From IMG/VR virus record IMGVR_UViG_3300028832_000145, positions 1,305 to 65,304 of that record: a DNA stretch of 64,000 nucleotides. One strand, 5' to 3'. Each line of letters begins with the position of its first letter. The first letter of the stretch is position 1. The translations under genes were made by a program, and so were the position numbers. The notes under the pieces are model-generated. The model did not search any database, had not been told where the DNA came from, and was given only the letters and a program-made list of their open reading frames with translations. This DNA is from a virus (Duplodnaviria; Caudoviricetes). Positions 1 to 7,767 of the stretch are shown here, in pieces.

Positions 1-9
1 TAACCGCCT

Positions 10-540
10 ATGCCCTTCAAAGTGCGCTTCGACATCTACGAACAGGGAAAGCTGGCCCCGTGCTCCGTCACCTACGACCGCAACCTTGCCCATGCACAGG
101 TAAACGACATGATACGCAAGGGAGCGCCACTGCCCCGGCTCGTCCATGACATCACCTGTGAAAACCTCACCAAGCCCGAGGCCTACGTCTTCCTAGTCTA
201 TCGCGTCCTCCGTGCCATCCGCAAGTACTACGACGAACGCGGCAAGGTCTCTAAGCAGCAGAGCAGCGACAACCTCAAAGTGTCGCTGGCACTGGAAAAG
301 GAGCTTGACAGCTGGAACAAACGAACACGGGAGTATCTGAATACCCATTGCCCAGCGGACGCTACAGCGCAATACTCCTTCTTTATTCTCGTTGAGGCTT
401 GGCGCAATCTCTGGCACAAATACTTCTCCTATAAGAAGCAGGCCGACAAAGACCTTATCTTGGAGAAGGAAATGCGCAACCAGTGCTTCGCCTACGAAAG
501 AGAGATAGACAAATATGTAACTAACGCTATAGGATTATGA
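10..540 (+). CDS. Hypothetical early protein with two similar helical segments
   Basis: 176-aa ORF; stop overlaps next start (ATGA at 537-540). Confidence 0.6.
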   Translation: MPFKVRFDIYEQGKLAPCSVTYDRNLAHAQVNDMIRKGAPLPRLVHDITCENLTKPEAYVFLVYRVLRAIRKYYDERGKVSKQQSSDNLKVSLALEKELDSWNKRTREYLNTHCPADATAQYSFFILVEAWRNLWHKYFSYKKQADKDLILEKEMRNQCFAYEREIDKYVTNAIGL

Positions 541-1130
541 AGAAAATAATGTTTAACGACCGCTACGGATTGACGCAAGCCGTATTGGAGGGAAAGAAGA
601 CCATGACGCGGCGCATCATACCGCTATGCGAAAACGATCTCAATTTCTTAAAGATTTCAGAACGAGGTGAATGGCTTTTTTCATCGCGTACATGCCTCGA
701 TGGTGCATACCCTGCCTACAACGTAGGCGAAGAGTTGGCCGTGGCTCAGTCATACAAGGAACTCATCGACGATGGCTATCTGATACCTGTTGAATACGGA
801 GAAAGTGCAGGTTATTGTAACAAGATGTTTGTTAAAGCCGATCGCATGCCGCACTGCATCCGTATCACCGATGTAAAGGCAGAACGCTTGCAGAACATTA
901 GCGATGATGACTGCATGAAAGAAGGAATCTATTACGACAATCCTTTTCCGGAATTATCAGACCGTGACGTTTATGCTTTCAGCGTAATAAGTAAGAAGAA
1001 TCGCCAAACTACATGGTGGAGTCCTACGCCGCGTATAGCATTTGAAAATCTCATTATACACATGATGGGCAAAAAGGTATGGAAAAGCAACCCTTATGTA
1101 TGGGCATATACATTTGAACTAGTAAAGTAG
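537..1130 (+). CDS. ASCH/PUA-fold domain protein
   Basis: N-terminal MKKIMFND..AVLEGKKTMTRR and C-terminal NPYVWAYTF, typical of phage ASCH-like proteins. Confidence 0.6.
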   Translation: MKKIMFNDRYGLTQAVLEGKKTMTRRIIPLCENDLNFLKISERGEWLFSSRTCLDGAYPAYNVGEELAVAQSYKELIDDGYLIPVEYGESAGYCNKMFVKADRMPHCIRITDVKAERLQNISDDDCMKEGIYYDNPFPELSDRDVYAFSVISKKNRQTTWWSPTPRIAFENLIIHMMGKKVWKSNPYVWAYTFELVK

Positions 1131-1141
1131 GAGGACTAGCT

Positions 1142-1690
1142 ATGACCGTCTACGTCCATTGGTATAAGAACGTCCTGAAGGGCGAGCTGCAGGATAGTGA
1201 ATATCTTGGTATGCGTCAAGTCCTGATACCCCTTGACGGCCATCATGTCATTGCTCTGTTCAAACCTGCGCATATCTACTCTACTCTGGCCGAGGCCAAC
1301 AGCGCACTAAGTTGCTCTCCTGTCAAGCCTCAACACACAGCACAGGAACCAGATGCCGGTGAGCTTGTGACCAGCTGTATAGCCGATGTCAAGTGTAAGA
1401 CGTTCTTAACAGAGCACTGGGACCAGGAGCACAACCACTTACAGGTTGATGCCCTCGATACCTTCTATCAGATGTGGCGTAACGAGCACTCCCGCTATGT
1501 CGTTGGAGTTGACCCAGCAGTACCGGGCGGCGACTACTGCAGTGTTCAAAAGTGGCCCGTGTCAAAGGTCGCCACCGTACCCTCGCCATCCAGCGAGGTA
1601 AAGACGCTTACTCGCCGGCAACGGCTCTCAACCAATAACATCATATACCCGGACTCAACAGTACAAACATCAATATTCGACATCATCTAG
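1142..1690 (+). CDS. Hypothetical early protein carrying one hairpin-repeat copy
   Basis: 182-aa ORF in a tightly packed operon. Confidence 0.55.
   Translation: MTVYVHWYKNVLKGELQDSEYLGMRQVLIPLDGHHVIALFKPAHIYSTLAEANSALSCSPVKPQHTAQEPDAGELVTSCIADVKCKTFLTEHWDQEHNHLQVDALDTFYQMWRNEHSRYVVGVDPAVPGGDYCSVQKWPVSKVATVPSPSSEVKTLTRRQRLSTNNIIYPDSTVQTSIFDII
1569..1600 (+). repeat. Dispersed coding hairpin repeat, copy 1
   Basis: GCCACCGTAC-CCTCGCC-ATCC-AGCGAGG-TA; translated on the opposite strand to the other copies (VATVPSPSSEV). Confidence 0.75.
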
Positions 1691-1715
1691 TATTAACCCC
1701 TAAAAACTTACAACT

Positions 1716-2075
1716 ATGTTTGGATTTACAATCATCAGCAATGAAAAGCTTAATCAGCTTCGCAGGAAGTATAGAGAAGGGCTTGAACGCCTCGACACCT
1801 GCCACAGAACGATTGCCGCTTTAAGACGTGACAATACCAATCTGGAAGCACGGCTGAAGTATCAGAAGTGGGCCCATAATATTTTGAAAGAGAAGGTAAC
1901 CTTTGAGGAACATTTCGCCGTCTGCCAAGACACTGGCAGCTGTAACACCTGTTCTCATGAGTATTCCCGCTGCCGTAAGATTACTGTTGGCAAGTCTCAT
2001 GTGTGCATCATTCCCAAGAAAATTACTGTTGGCGAGTCTCATGTGTGCATCATTCCCAAGAAAGTATCACTATGA
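1716..2075 (+). CDS. Hypothetical coiled-coil and Cys-cluster protein
   Basis: 119 aa; starts MFGFTII like the 61271 ORF; CxxxxxCxxCxxxxxxC cluster; C-terminal 14-aa duplication. Confidence 0.55.
   Translation: MFGFTIISNEKLNQLRRKYREGLERLDTCHRTIAALRRDNTNLEARLKYQKWAHNILKEKVTFEEHFAVCQDTGSCNTCSHEYSRCRKITVGKSHVCIIPKKITVGESHVCIIPKKVSL
1980..2063 (+). repeat. 42-bp tandem duplication, 2 copies, in frame
   Basis: ATTACTGTTGGC(A/G)AGTCTCATGTGTGCATCATTCCCAAGAAA twice, 1 mismatch. Confidence 0.95.
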
Positions 2076-2578
2076 GAAAGCTAGCCAGAGAAGGGGTGTA
2101 CCTGCACCCCACTTTGAATCGTATCGTCGAGCATCACGGCTTTTCTACGCGCATCTACTGGAGCAAGGACATGACTGACTTTCTTCGCCGACAGTACGCC
2201 ACCACCACTAATCAGGAGCTGGCCGAGTGCCTGGGCCTCAGCCAAAGAACCATCACGCGCAAGGCCCGTGAACTTGGGCTAAAGAAGGATGCCGACTGGC
2301 TCCGCGATGTCTACGATCGTAACCGCCGTCTCGGTCATGCCTCATCGCGCGTCAACGGCAACAAGGGCTGGTTTACTGCCGGTCATCATGCCAGCCCCGA
2401 CACCGAGTTCAAGCGTGGCCGTACACTCCCGCCAGAGCAGCGTCGTAAGCAGACCGATGGTCTTAAACGCTGGTATCGCCTACACCCTCACGACGCGTCC
2501 GTGAAAGCCGCAAAGGCATGGGTAACAAGACGAGCTAATCAGAAAAAGAAACAGGAGGACAAAATATTAAACAACTAA
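2072..2578 (+). CDS. HTH DNA-binding protein with basic C-terminal tail
   Basis: TNQELAECLGLSQRTITRKARELGL HTH pattern; start moved to ATG 2072 overlapping the previous stop. Confidence 0.6.
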   Translation: MRKLAREGVYLHPTLNRIVEHHGFSTRIYWSKDMTDFLRRQYATTTNQELAECLGLSQRTITRKARELGLKKDADWLRDVYDRNRRLGHASSRVNGNKGWFTAGHHASPDTEFKRGRTLPPEQRRKQTDGLKRWYRLHPHDASVKAAKAWVTRRANQKKKQEDKILNN

Positions 2579-2590
2579 AGAAATAAGTCT

Positions 2591-3298
2591 ATGAAAGCGA
2601 GAATAAAGAAAACAGGCGAAATAGTTAATATTTCCGAATATGCAAGAATAGCACTTGACCAATGTGACTCTTGGGGTTGTACGGTAGAAGTTAAACCAGA
2701 AGATGTAGAGTTAATTCAAGAGAAAACAGAAGATGAACATTGGCAAGAAGTAAGAGAACGTGCTGCAGATAAATCCAAGGCAGATAAAACTCTCATCCGT
2801 CGCCCTTTCAAGCTCCTTGCAGGTCATAGGTACTTTTGTATTAAGACACCTGTCTGGACGGACCATTATTATCAAGTCGGTAAAATGTACGAAAGCATCA
2901 ACGACGATAAGATTGTAGATGACTTAGGCAAAGAACATACCTTTAGCGACAAAATAGACTGTCCGCCTCAGCATTGGTTCTGTGAGGTTGCAGAGCCCGT
3001 TCAGGAGATTAACGTTGGCCCCAAACCACAGCCAAGCAAAGAGTGGAGTGAAGGAGATAAAAATAGATTTAATAATCTTATCTTTCTTGTTGAGCATAGC
3101 GATGAAAATGAAGCAACTAAAGAAGGTTTTATTAAGTTTATAAATAAGCTCAAATCCCTCAGACCACAGAACCAGTGGAAGCCGAATGATAAGCAGATGA
3201 GTGCGCTGAAAGAACAATGTGTCTACAAAAAGAGCACAGTTGCCGGAGAAGTACTTTGTGAATTATATCACGACTTGGAGAAACTAAAGGAGGAATAG
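2591..3298 (+). CDS. Hypothetical mosaic early protein
   Basis: 235-aa ORF, visibly AT-richer. Confidence 0.55.
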   Translation: MKARIKKTGEIVNISEYARIALDQCDSWGCTVEVKPEDVELIQEKTEDEHWQEVRERAADKSKADKTLIRRPFKLLAGHRYFCIKTPVWTDHYYQVGKMYESINDDKIVDDLGKEHTFSDKIDCPPQHWFCEVAEPVQEINVGPKPQPSKEWSEGDKNRFNNLIFLVEHSDENEATKEGFIKFINKLKSLRPQNQWKPNDKQMSALKEQCVYKKSTVAGEVLCELYHDLEKLKEE

Positions 3299-3300
3299 TT

Positions 3301-3456
3301 ATGAAATTTACATTATACATATCCACTGATTCTAAACGCAAGGACATCAAGGAAAGATGCTGTGAAGTTCTTGCTGAGTTCCTAAAGAAAGAGGGTTATT
3401 TCTCGGTAGAGTTTGACCCAAAAGAAATTGATACTGACAAATTAAGTAAAGCATAA
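3301..3456 (+). CDS. Small hypothetical protein, 51 aa, below ORF-track cutoff
   Basis: MKFTLYISTDSKRKDIKERCCEVLAEFLKKEGYFSVEFDPKEIDTDKLSKA fills the gap between neighbours. Confidence 0.45.
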   Translation: MKFTLYISTDSKRKDIKERCCEVLAEFLKKEGYFSVEFDPKEIDTDKLSKA

Positions 3457-3460
3457 AGTT

Positions 3461-3712
3461 ATGAAAGCAAACGCACCAGTGAAGATATATATCCCTCGAC
3501 TTGAAGGGAATGAAACATTTGTTCATGAATGGTCTGCTACTAAGTTTAGGAAATACTTTAGTAGGGAAATAGCAGAAAATGTGGAGTATGTCCGCACTGA
3601 TGCCTTTATTGAGAAGGCTTGTGAGTGGTTAGAAAACAACTTGCAAGGAATTGTTGGGGGAAGTATTTATATGGAGGACTTTAGAAAATATATGAAAGGA
3701 GAAGAAGTATGA
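3461..3712 (+). CDS. Hypothetical protein
   Basis: 83-aa ORF with EYVRTDAFIEKACEWL segment. Confidence 0.55.
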   Translation: MKANAPVKIYIPRLEGNETFVHEWSATKFRKYFSREIAENVEYVRTDAFIEKACEWLENNLQGIVGGSIYMEDFRKYMKGEEV

Positions 3713-3882
3713 CAAAGATTTATTGCAAGTTAAACGGAAGAAATGTTGAATGCGAATATGCAGGAGAAATAACATATTTTGGCAGCAAAGAATTTGGAGA
3801 AAAAGAAGGTATGCACAAATGTACATACTGCTATAATGATTCTATAGGAAGAGATCCAAGTAAATGTAATAAAAAGAAATAA
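3709..3882 (+). CDS. Small Cys-containing hypothetical protein, 57 aa
   Basis: ATGA overlap with previous gene; MTKIYCKLNGRNVECEYAGEITYFGSKEFGEKEGMHKCTYCYNDSIGRDPSKCNKKK. Confidence 0.45.
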   Translation: MTKIYCKLNGRNVECEYAGEITYFGSKEFGEKEGMHKCTYCYNDSIGRDPSKCNKKK

Positions 3883-3884
3883 CT

Positions 3885-4172
3885 ATGAAGTACGACGAGA
3901 TTGAAACGAAGGTGCAGTCATACAGATGGCTGGAGGAAATAGCAAAAGACTATCAAACAATGATAAACCGTATCAATTCCGAGCAGGACTATTTCAGAGT
4001 TGAGAAGATTGCATACATTGCGCGAGGTGATATACAGTACCTCGACCTGAATTGCCACCGCACCATCCCAGGACACTATATCGCCGACGGGTTGAAAGAA
4101 GCTCTGACCGGCATTGATGAAGAGCTCAAACAACTGAAAGCAGAACTGGAAGAAATGAACATTGAACTATGA
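3885..4172 (+). CDS. Hypothetical protein
   Basis: 95-aa ORF, last sizeable gene of the plus-strand early operon. Confidence 0.55.
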   Translation: MKYDEIETKVQSYRWLEEIAKDYQTMINRINSEQDYFRVEKIAYIARGDIQYLDLNCHRTIPGHYIADGLKEALTGIDEELKQLKAELEEMNIEL

Positions 4173-4224
4173 CCGAAGTAATCAACGTAAAGGTATTGCA
4201 CCTCGTACTGAACCTCTCTTAATC

Positions 4225-4266
4225 AATCCCCACTTACCAACGCGGCAGGTGGGGATTCTTTTCTTT
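4225..4266 (+). terminator. Intrinsic terminator of the early operon
   Basis: AATCCCCAC...GTGGGGATT 9-bp stem followed by CTTTTCTTT. Confidence 0.7.
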
Positions 4267-4304
4267 CCTCCGAAAGCTAAAACTTAGTTTTCTATTAACC
4301 TAAA

Positions 4305-4365
4305 TAAAGAAAGCCGATTCTCACGAACAGGCTACTAAAACAATCTAACCTAAATACTATGAAAA
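4305..4365 (-). terminator. Terminator-like hairpin with TCAC loop ending the capsid-to-lysis operon
   Basis: AGCC-GATTC-TCAC-GAACA-GGCT followed on + by AAAACAATCTAACCTAAA; same architecture at 30097-30155. Confidence 0.5.
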
Positions 4366-4413
4366 ACCTTAACTATGAAAAAACACATGACCGCCGCCAC
4401 CGCCGTAGCAACG

Positions 4414-4938
4414 TTATTTCGTATTGATACGCCACTGCACACCTACACCCACTCCCGGCTGCAAGCCCTTGGGAGTAACAAACATTCCTGCCTGCAGGCC
4501 CCATGATATGCGAGGCGGCGCAATCGTCTGAGTTATGACCGTCTGCTCTTGGTATATCTCTATCTCTTCCAGCCTTGGATCGTAACCCGATACCACGGCC
4601 TTATATGTCGAGCTGTCCGTGTACGTCTTCAAGCTGATGGGTATCACTGCCACACCATCCTCCACCCTGATAATGGTGTCGTGCTTGACAAACGTGTCAG
4701 GCGCAACACTGATGGGCACATACTTATACCTAACCACCTCCTGCGTCACTATCTGCGTCTCCAGCTTCTCAAACGGAATCTTCACTGTATCTGTCACCGT
4801 CACCGTGTCGGAGTGCGCTATCAGCCCCTCGTCTGCGCCCATCTGTCCCGTGCATCGTCCGAGACAGAAAGCTGCCACCGTCAGCACCACAATGATAGCC
4901 AACGCTATCAGCAAGTCCTTTATGTCCTTTGTATTCAT
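4414..4938 (-). CDS. Putative spanin-like (Rz-position) lysis protein
   Basis: N-terminal TM helix, last gene of lysis cassette, C-terminal amphipathic beta segment WGLQAGMF..GVGVGVQWRI. Confidence 0.5.
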   Translation of the reverse strand: MNTKDIKDLLIALAIIVVLTVAAFCLGRCTGQMGADEGLIAHSDTVTVTDTVKIPFEKLETQIVTQEVVRYKYVPISVAPDTFVKHDTIIRVEDGVAVIPISLKTYTDSSTYKAVVSGYDPRLEEIEIYQEQTVITQTIAPPRISWGLQAGMFVTPKGLQPGVGVGVQWRINTK

Positions 4939-5096
4939 TATCTTATTTCTTTTACCTCTATCTCTTCGATGGTGGTCTGCCCACTCTCAATCCCTTTCAG
5001 GTTCATCGCCAGTCGCTCCACGTCCCTGGTTATCTCCCTGTCGTTCATTCTTGCTGTCAGCACCTCCAGCTCTATTGTAACTATTCTCTTCTCCAT
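4938..5096 (-). CDS. Small hypothetical protein in lysis cassette, 52 aa
   Basis: MEKRIVTIELEVLTARMNDREITRDVERLAMNLKGIESGQTTIEEIEVKEIR; stop overlaps next start. Confidence 0.5.
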   Translation of the reverse strand: MEKRIVTIELEVLTARMNDREITRDVERLAMNLKGIESGQTTIEEIEVKEIR

Positions 5097-5099
5097 AGA

Positions 5100-5633
5100 C
5101 TATACTCCAAATACGGTCTTAGCCACTCGCGTATAGTACGCCCGCTGGCTGTAGCCGTTATATCCACCGTTAATCTTCCTCGTCACACCTCTGCAGTCGT
5201 CGGCATCGGCATACTTATTCAGATTGTTCCGCTTCCAGAACCACATCGACGCTTTCTGACACCCCGGCTGCTTTGCCAGCCATTCCGGGTGACTCATAAG
5301 GTCGCCCACACAATAGCCGCTGTCCTGATACGCTTGGTAGTTTGCGCGGCCTGTGCATTGCAGGTAGCCACGTCCCTTGAACTTCATGCCGTCGCCCTTC
5401 TGGGTATTCCCCAAGTCCTTACGACCCTCATACTGCTTACCGCTGGCGATCTCTTCCAGCCATTTCAGCTGTCCCGTCTCATGGGCCACCTGTGCTATGT
5501 AGTGCGCCACCCTCATTGGTGTGTTGATACCGAATGTCTCTGCGTAGTCGTTGAACGACTTCACAAACTCCTTCACGCGCTCACTCATTGCCTGCGGCAT
5601 GATGCGCCTTATCTGTTGCTCTGTTATCTTCAT
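5100..5633 (-). CDS. Endolysin, glycoside hydrolase family 19
   Basis: AHYIAQVAHETG, FKGRGYLQCTGRANY and TRKINGGYNG motifs of phage GH19 lysins. Confidence 0.9.
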   Translation of the reverse strand: MKITEQQIRRIMPQAMSERVKEFVKSFNDYAETFGINTPMRVAHYIAQVAHETGQLKWLEEIASGKQYEGRKDLGNTQKGDGMKFKGRGYLQCTGRANYQAYQDSGYCVGDLMSHPEWLAKQPGCQKASMWFWKRNNLNKYADADDCRGVTRKINGGYNGYSQRAYYTRVAKTVFGV

Positions 5634-6175
5634 TGCTTCTTCCCTTTATTCTTTGCTCCCTTTCCATCGGTCTTTGCCGCCGTGCCCTCGCTATCCAGCG
5701 AGGTCTTCTCCTTCTCTATCTCCTTGCGTATCGTCTCGTAAAGCAGCTCTATCTTGTGCGCATCCTTTATCCCGAGGCTCTTTGCCATTGCCTTGGCTAC
5801 GTTCAGCGGGTCTGCCTTGCCATCCTTGATGCGCTTGCGGTTCTCCCACACGCTCACCGCCTCGATAGCAATCTCGCCCACGGCCACAAGGACACACACG
5901 ATGGGAATCTTGCACCACAGACTAAGGCAGGCATCTATGAACACGGCGAGGAAATACAGCATCAGATACGTCACGTCCTTGTTGGCTGTCTCCCGTAGTC
6001 CGTAACTCGTTGTCTTGAATTGTCCTGCCGCCTTACTCGCCTTGATGCCAAAATATAAGTCCATCAGGCTTGATGCCAACACCATTACCGCCATCATGCC
6101 GATAGCCAGTCCCCAGAGCTTGGCGGCCTCAACGTCGCCTGAGATAATGTGCCCAATAAACAATAATTGTTTCAT
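5630..6175 (-). CDS. Holin
   Basis: Two to three TM helices, DLYFGIKA and E..SVWEN patterns, charged tail, overlaps endolysin start. Confidence 0.7.
   Translation of the reverse strand: MKQLLFIGHIISGDVEAAKLWGLAIGMMAVMVLASSLMDLYFGIKASKAAGQFKTTSYGLRETANKDVTYLMLYFLAVFIDACLSLWCKIPIVCVLVAVGEIAIEAVSVWENRKRIKDGKADPLNVAKAMAKSLGIKDAHKIELLYETIRKEIEKEKTSLDSEGTAAKTDGKGAKNKGKKQ
5671..5707 (+). repeat. Dispersed coding hairpin repeat, copy 2 (holin)
   Basis: TTTGCCGCCGTGC-CCTCGCT-ATCC-AGCGAGG-TC; encodes KTSLDSEGTAAK on the minus strand. Confidence 0.9.
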
Positions 6176-6216
6176 ACCTTATTATATATATGTACTAACC
6201 AAATAACAAACACATA

Positions 6217-6741
6217 CTAACGTTGCCATGACTCTTCTTTAAGTAACTCCTCATAGGGTTCCCAATCAATAGAGTCCTTTCGCTGCCAGCCCTCTTGCAA
6301 ACACTGCTGGATATAGGCCATGCCACCCTTGTAGAAGCGGTCAAGTTCGGAGAAAGTGGTGAACGTATGGTATATGGCGTTCTTCTCTTCGTCCTCGTTT
6401 AGCTTGAACTTAACTGGCACTACCTGCAATCGGTGTGCCTCGGAGAAATTCGTCTGATTCTCGTTCGACAGCCACACCACAATTGGCTCTTCCTCGCCAT
6501 CTGGCGTGAACTCATAGCCGTTCAGTATCTTCTCGTCAGTCTGTTTGTTGATGTCCTCATGGATGGCTTTCTTCACTGCCTCCAATGTTGGCTTACCATC
6601 TCTCAACTTGTAGAAGTACACTTCGTACCACTCGTACATGTCATTCACTCCTGTAGCTGTCAGGCCGTAGCCAACCACATATCGGCTGCGCTCTTCTCTT
6701 ACCAGAGAGAAATCTTCTATCTTTCCACTTATCTTTGACAT
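6217..6741 (-). CDS. Tail-fibre-associated protein, DUF4376-like
   Basis: VWLSNENQTNF and YIQQCLQEGWQRKDSIDW motifs; position after fibre genes. Confidence 0.5.
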   Translation of the reverse strand: MSKISGKIEDFSLVREERSRYVVGYGLTATGVNDMYEWYEVYFYKLRDGKPTLEAVKKAIHEDINKQTDEKILNGYEFTPDGEEEPIVVWLSNENQTNFSEAHRLQVVPVKFKLNEDEEKNAIYHTFTTFSELDRFYKGGMAYIQQCLQEGWQRKDSIDWEPYEELLKEESWQR

Positions 6742-6762
6742 AGTTGTATTTTTAAGGGTTAG

Positions 6763-7497
6763 TTATTGGACTGGACGGATCTGCAAGCCGCCGCAGCGCA
6801 TGTTGTTGGCGTTAGGCGACGACATGGACAAAAAAAAGACCAGGGCATGGCCCTGCGTCGCCGTATAAAACGATGACGCCCAGCAACCACCGTACAAGCC
6901 ACGGTAGGACAACGACGTATCACTTCCATAGCCGGAACAGGGGAAGAACAGGATGTTGCCGTTAATCTTTGACTTCAGTCTGATACCAACAATACCGTTA
7001 ATGGTTGTCGTCTTATCTGTTCCGCTAATCACATCGCCGTTGGCATCAACATAGTCGATGTTGTCAAACAACTCTGCAAATTCTTCGCTGCTTGGCATTC
7101 TCCACGGAGCACCACAGTTCACGGCAGCGGCATCGTATCTCAACGAAATGTCTCCTGTTAATGCTGCACCAGGAGTTGAAGCATAAGGGCCATCATTTGA
7201 TGTGCCAAAGTCATAGTCAAAAGCACCTTGCGCATCAGGATTGTGGCCAGCCGTATTACCCCAGCTGAAGAATGAGCAGTCGTAGGTAAATGGCGAAATC
7301 TCACCGTTCACCTCTTGGAACTTACTGTCCGTAGTAAGGTCTATATTTGCCTTTGCCCACAACAGGCCAGAGGGCAGTCCCATATCCACCCAGAAGTCAC
7401 TCTCGACGACTCCCTTCAACTGGTTGAACACATGCACCACTGCGTCGCCTCTTTGCAGTACAAGGTCGTCATTTTCGTCTTTCAGTACAATCCTCAT
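6763..7497 (-). CDS. Receptor-binding C-type-lectin-fold protein of the class targeted by Bacteroidales DGRs
   Basis: WVDMGLPSGLLWA, FFSWGN, WRMPSSEEFAEL, LFFPCSGYG..RG..G.CWASS..R..GLQIRPVQ. Confidence 0.7.
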   Translation of the reverse strand: MRIVLKDENDDLVLQRGDAVVHVFNQLKGVVESDFWVDMGLPSGLLWAKANIDLTTDSKFQEVNGEISPFTYDCSFFSWGNTAGHNPDAQGAFDYDFGTSNDGPYASTPGAALTGDISLRYDAAAVNCGAPWRMPSSEEFAELFDNIDYVDANGDVISGTDKTTTINGIVGIRLKSKINGNILFFPCSGYGSDTSLSYRGLYGGCWASSFYTATQGHALVFFLSMSSPNANNMRCGGLQIRPVQ

Positions 7498-7500
7498 ATC

Positions 7501-7734
7501 TTATTCCTCCTCTTCGTTAATAGGTTCCTCACTATCTTCTTCTCTCACGGGCGGCTCCATGCCGATGCTCTCGTAGAAAGCCTTGTAGCTCTCTTCTGTG
7601 TAGGGCTGTTCCTCGTAGTTGTCAATGCTGTCTGATGCACCTAAGCAGATGTCCTCACCCATGATGAAACCGTCCCTCTTTCTCACTATGAAATTGCCCT
7701 TCTCGGCGTAGTAGTTTCTTCCTTTCTGTATCAT
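7501..7734 (-). CDS. Small acidic tail-fibre accessory protein
   Basis: 77 aa between fibre and lectin genes. Confidence 0.5.
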   Translation of the reverse strand: MIQKGRNYYAEKGNFIVRKRDGFIMGEDICLGASDSIDNYEEQPYTEESYKAFYESIGMEPPVREEDSEEPINEEEE

Positions 7735-7767
7735 AATTTTAGTGTTATGTTTTTATTATACTACTGG

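Noticed and set aside
3709-3882. Suspected homopolymer frameshift
   Set aside because: Recounting shows an intact 57-codon frame.
6176-7500. Complete DGR cassette
   Set aside because: No reverse transcriptase, accessory gene or template repeat is visible; only a target-like gene is supported.
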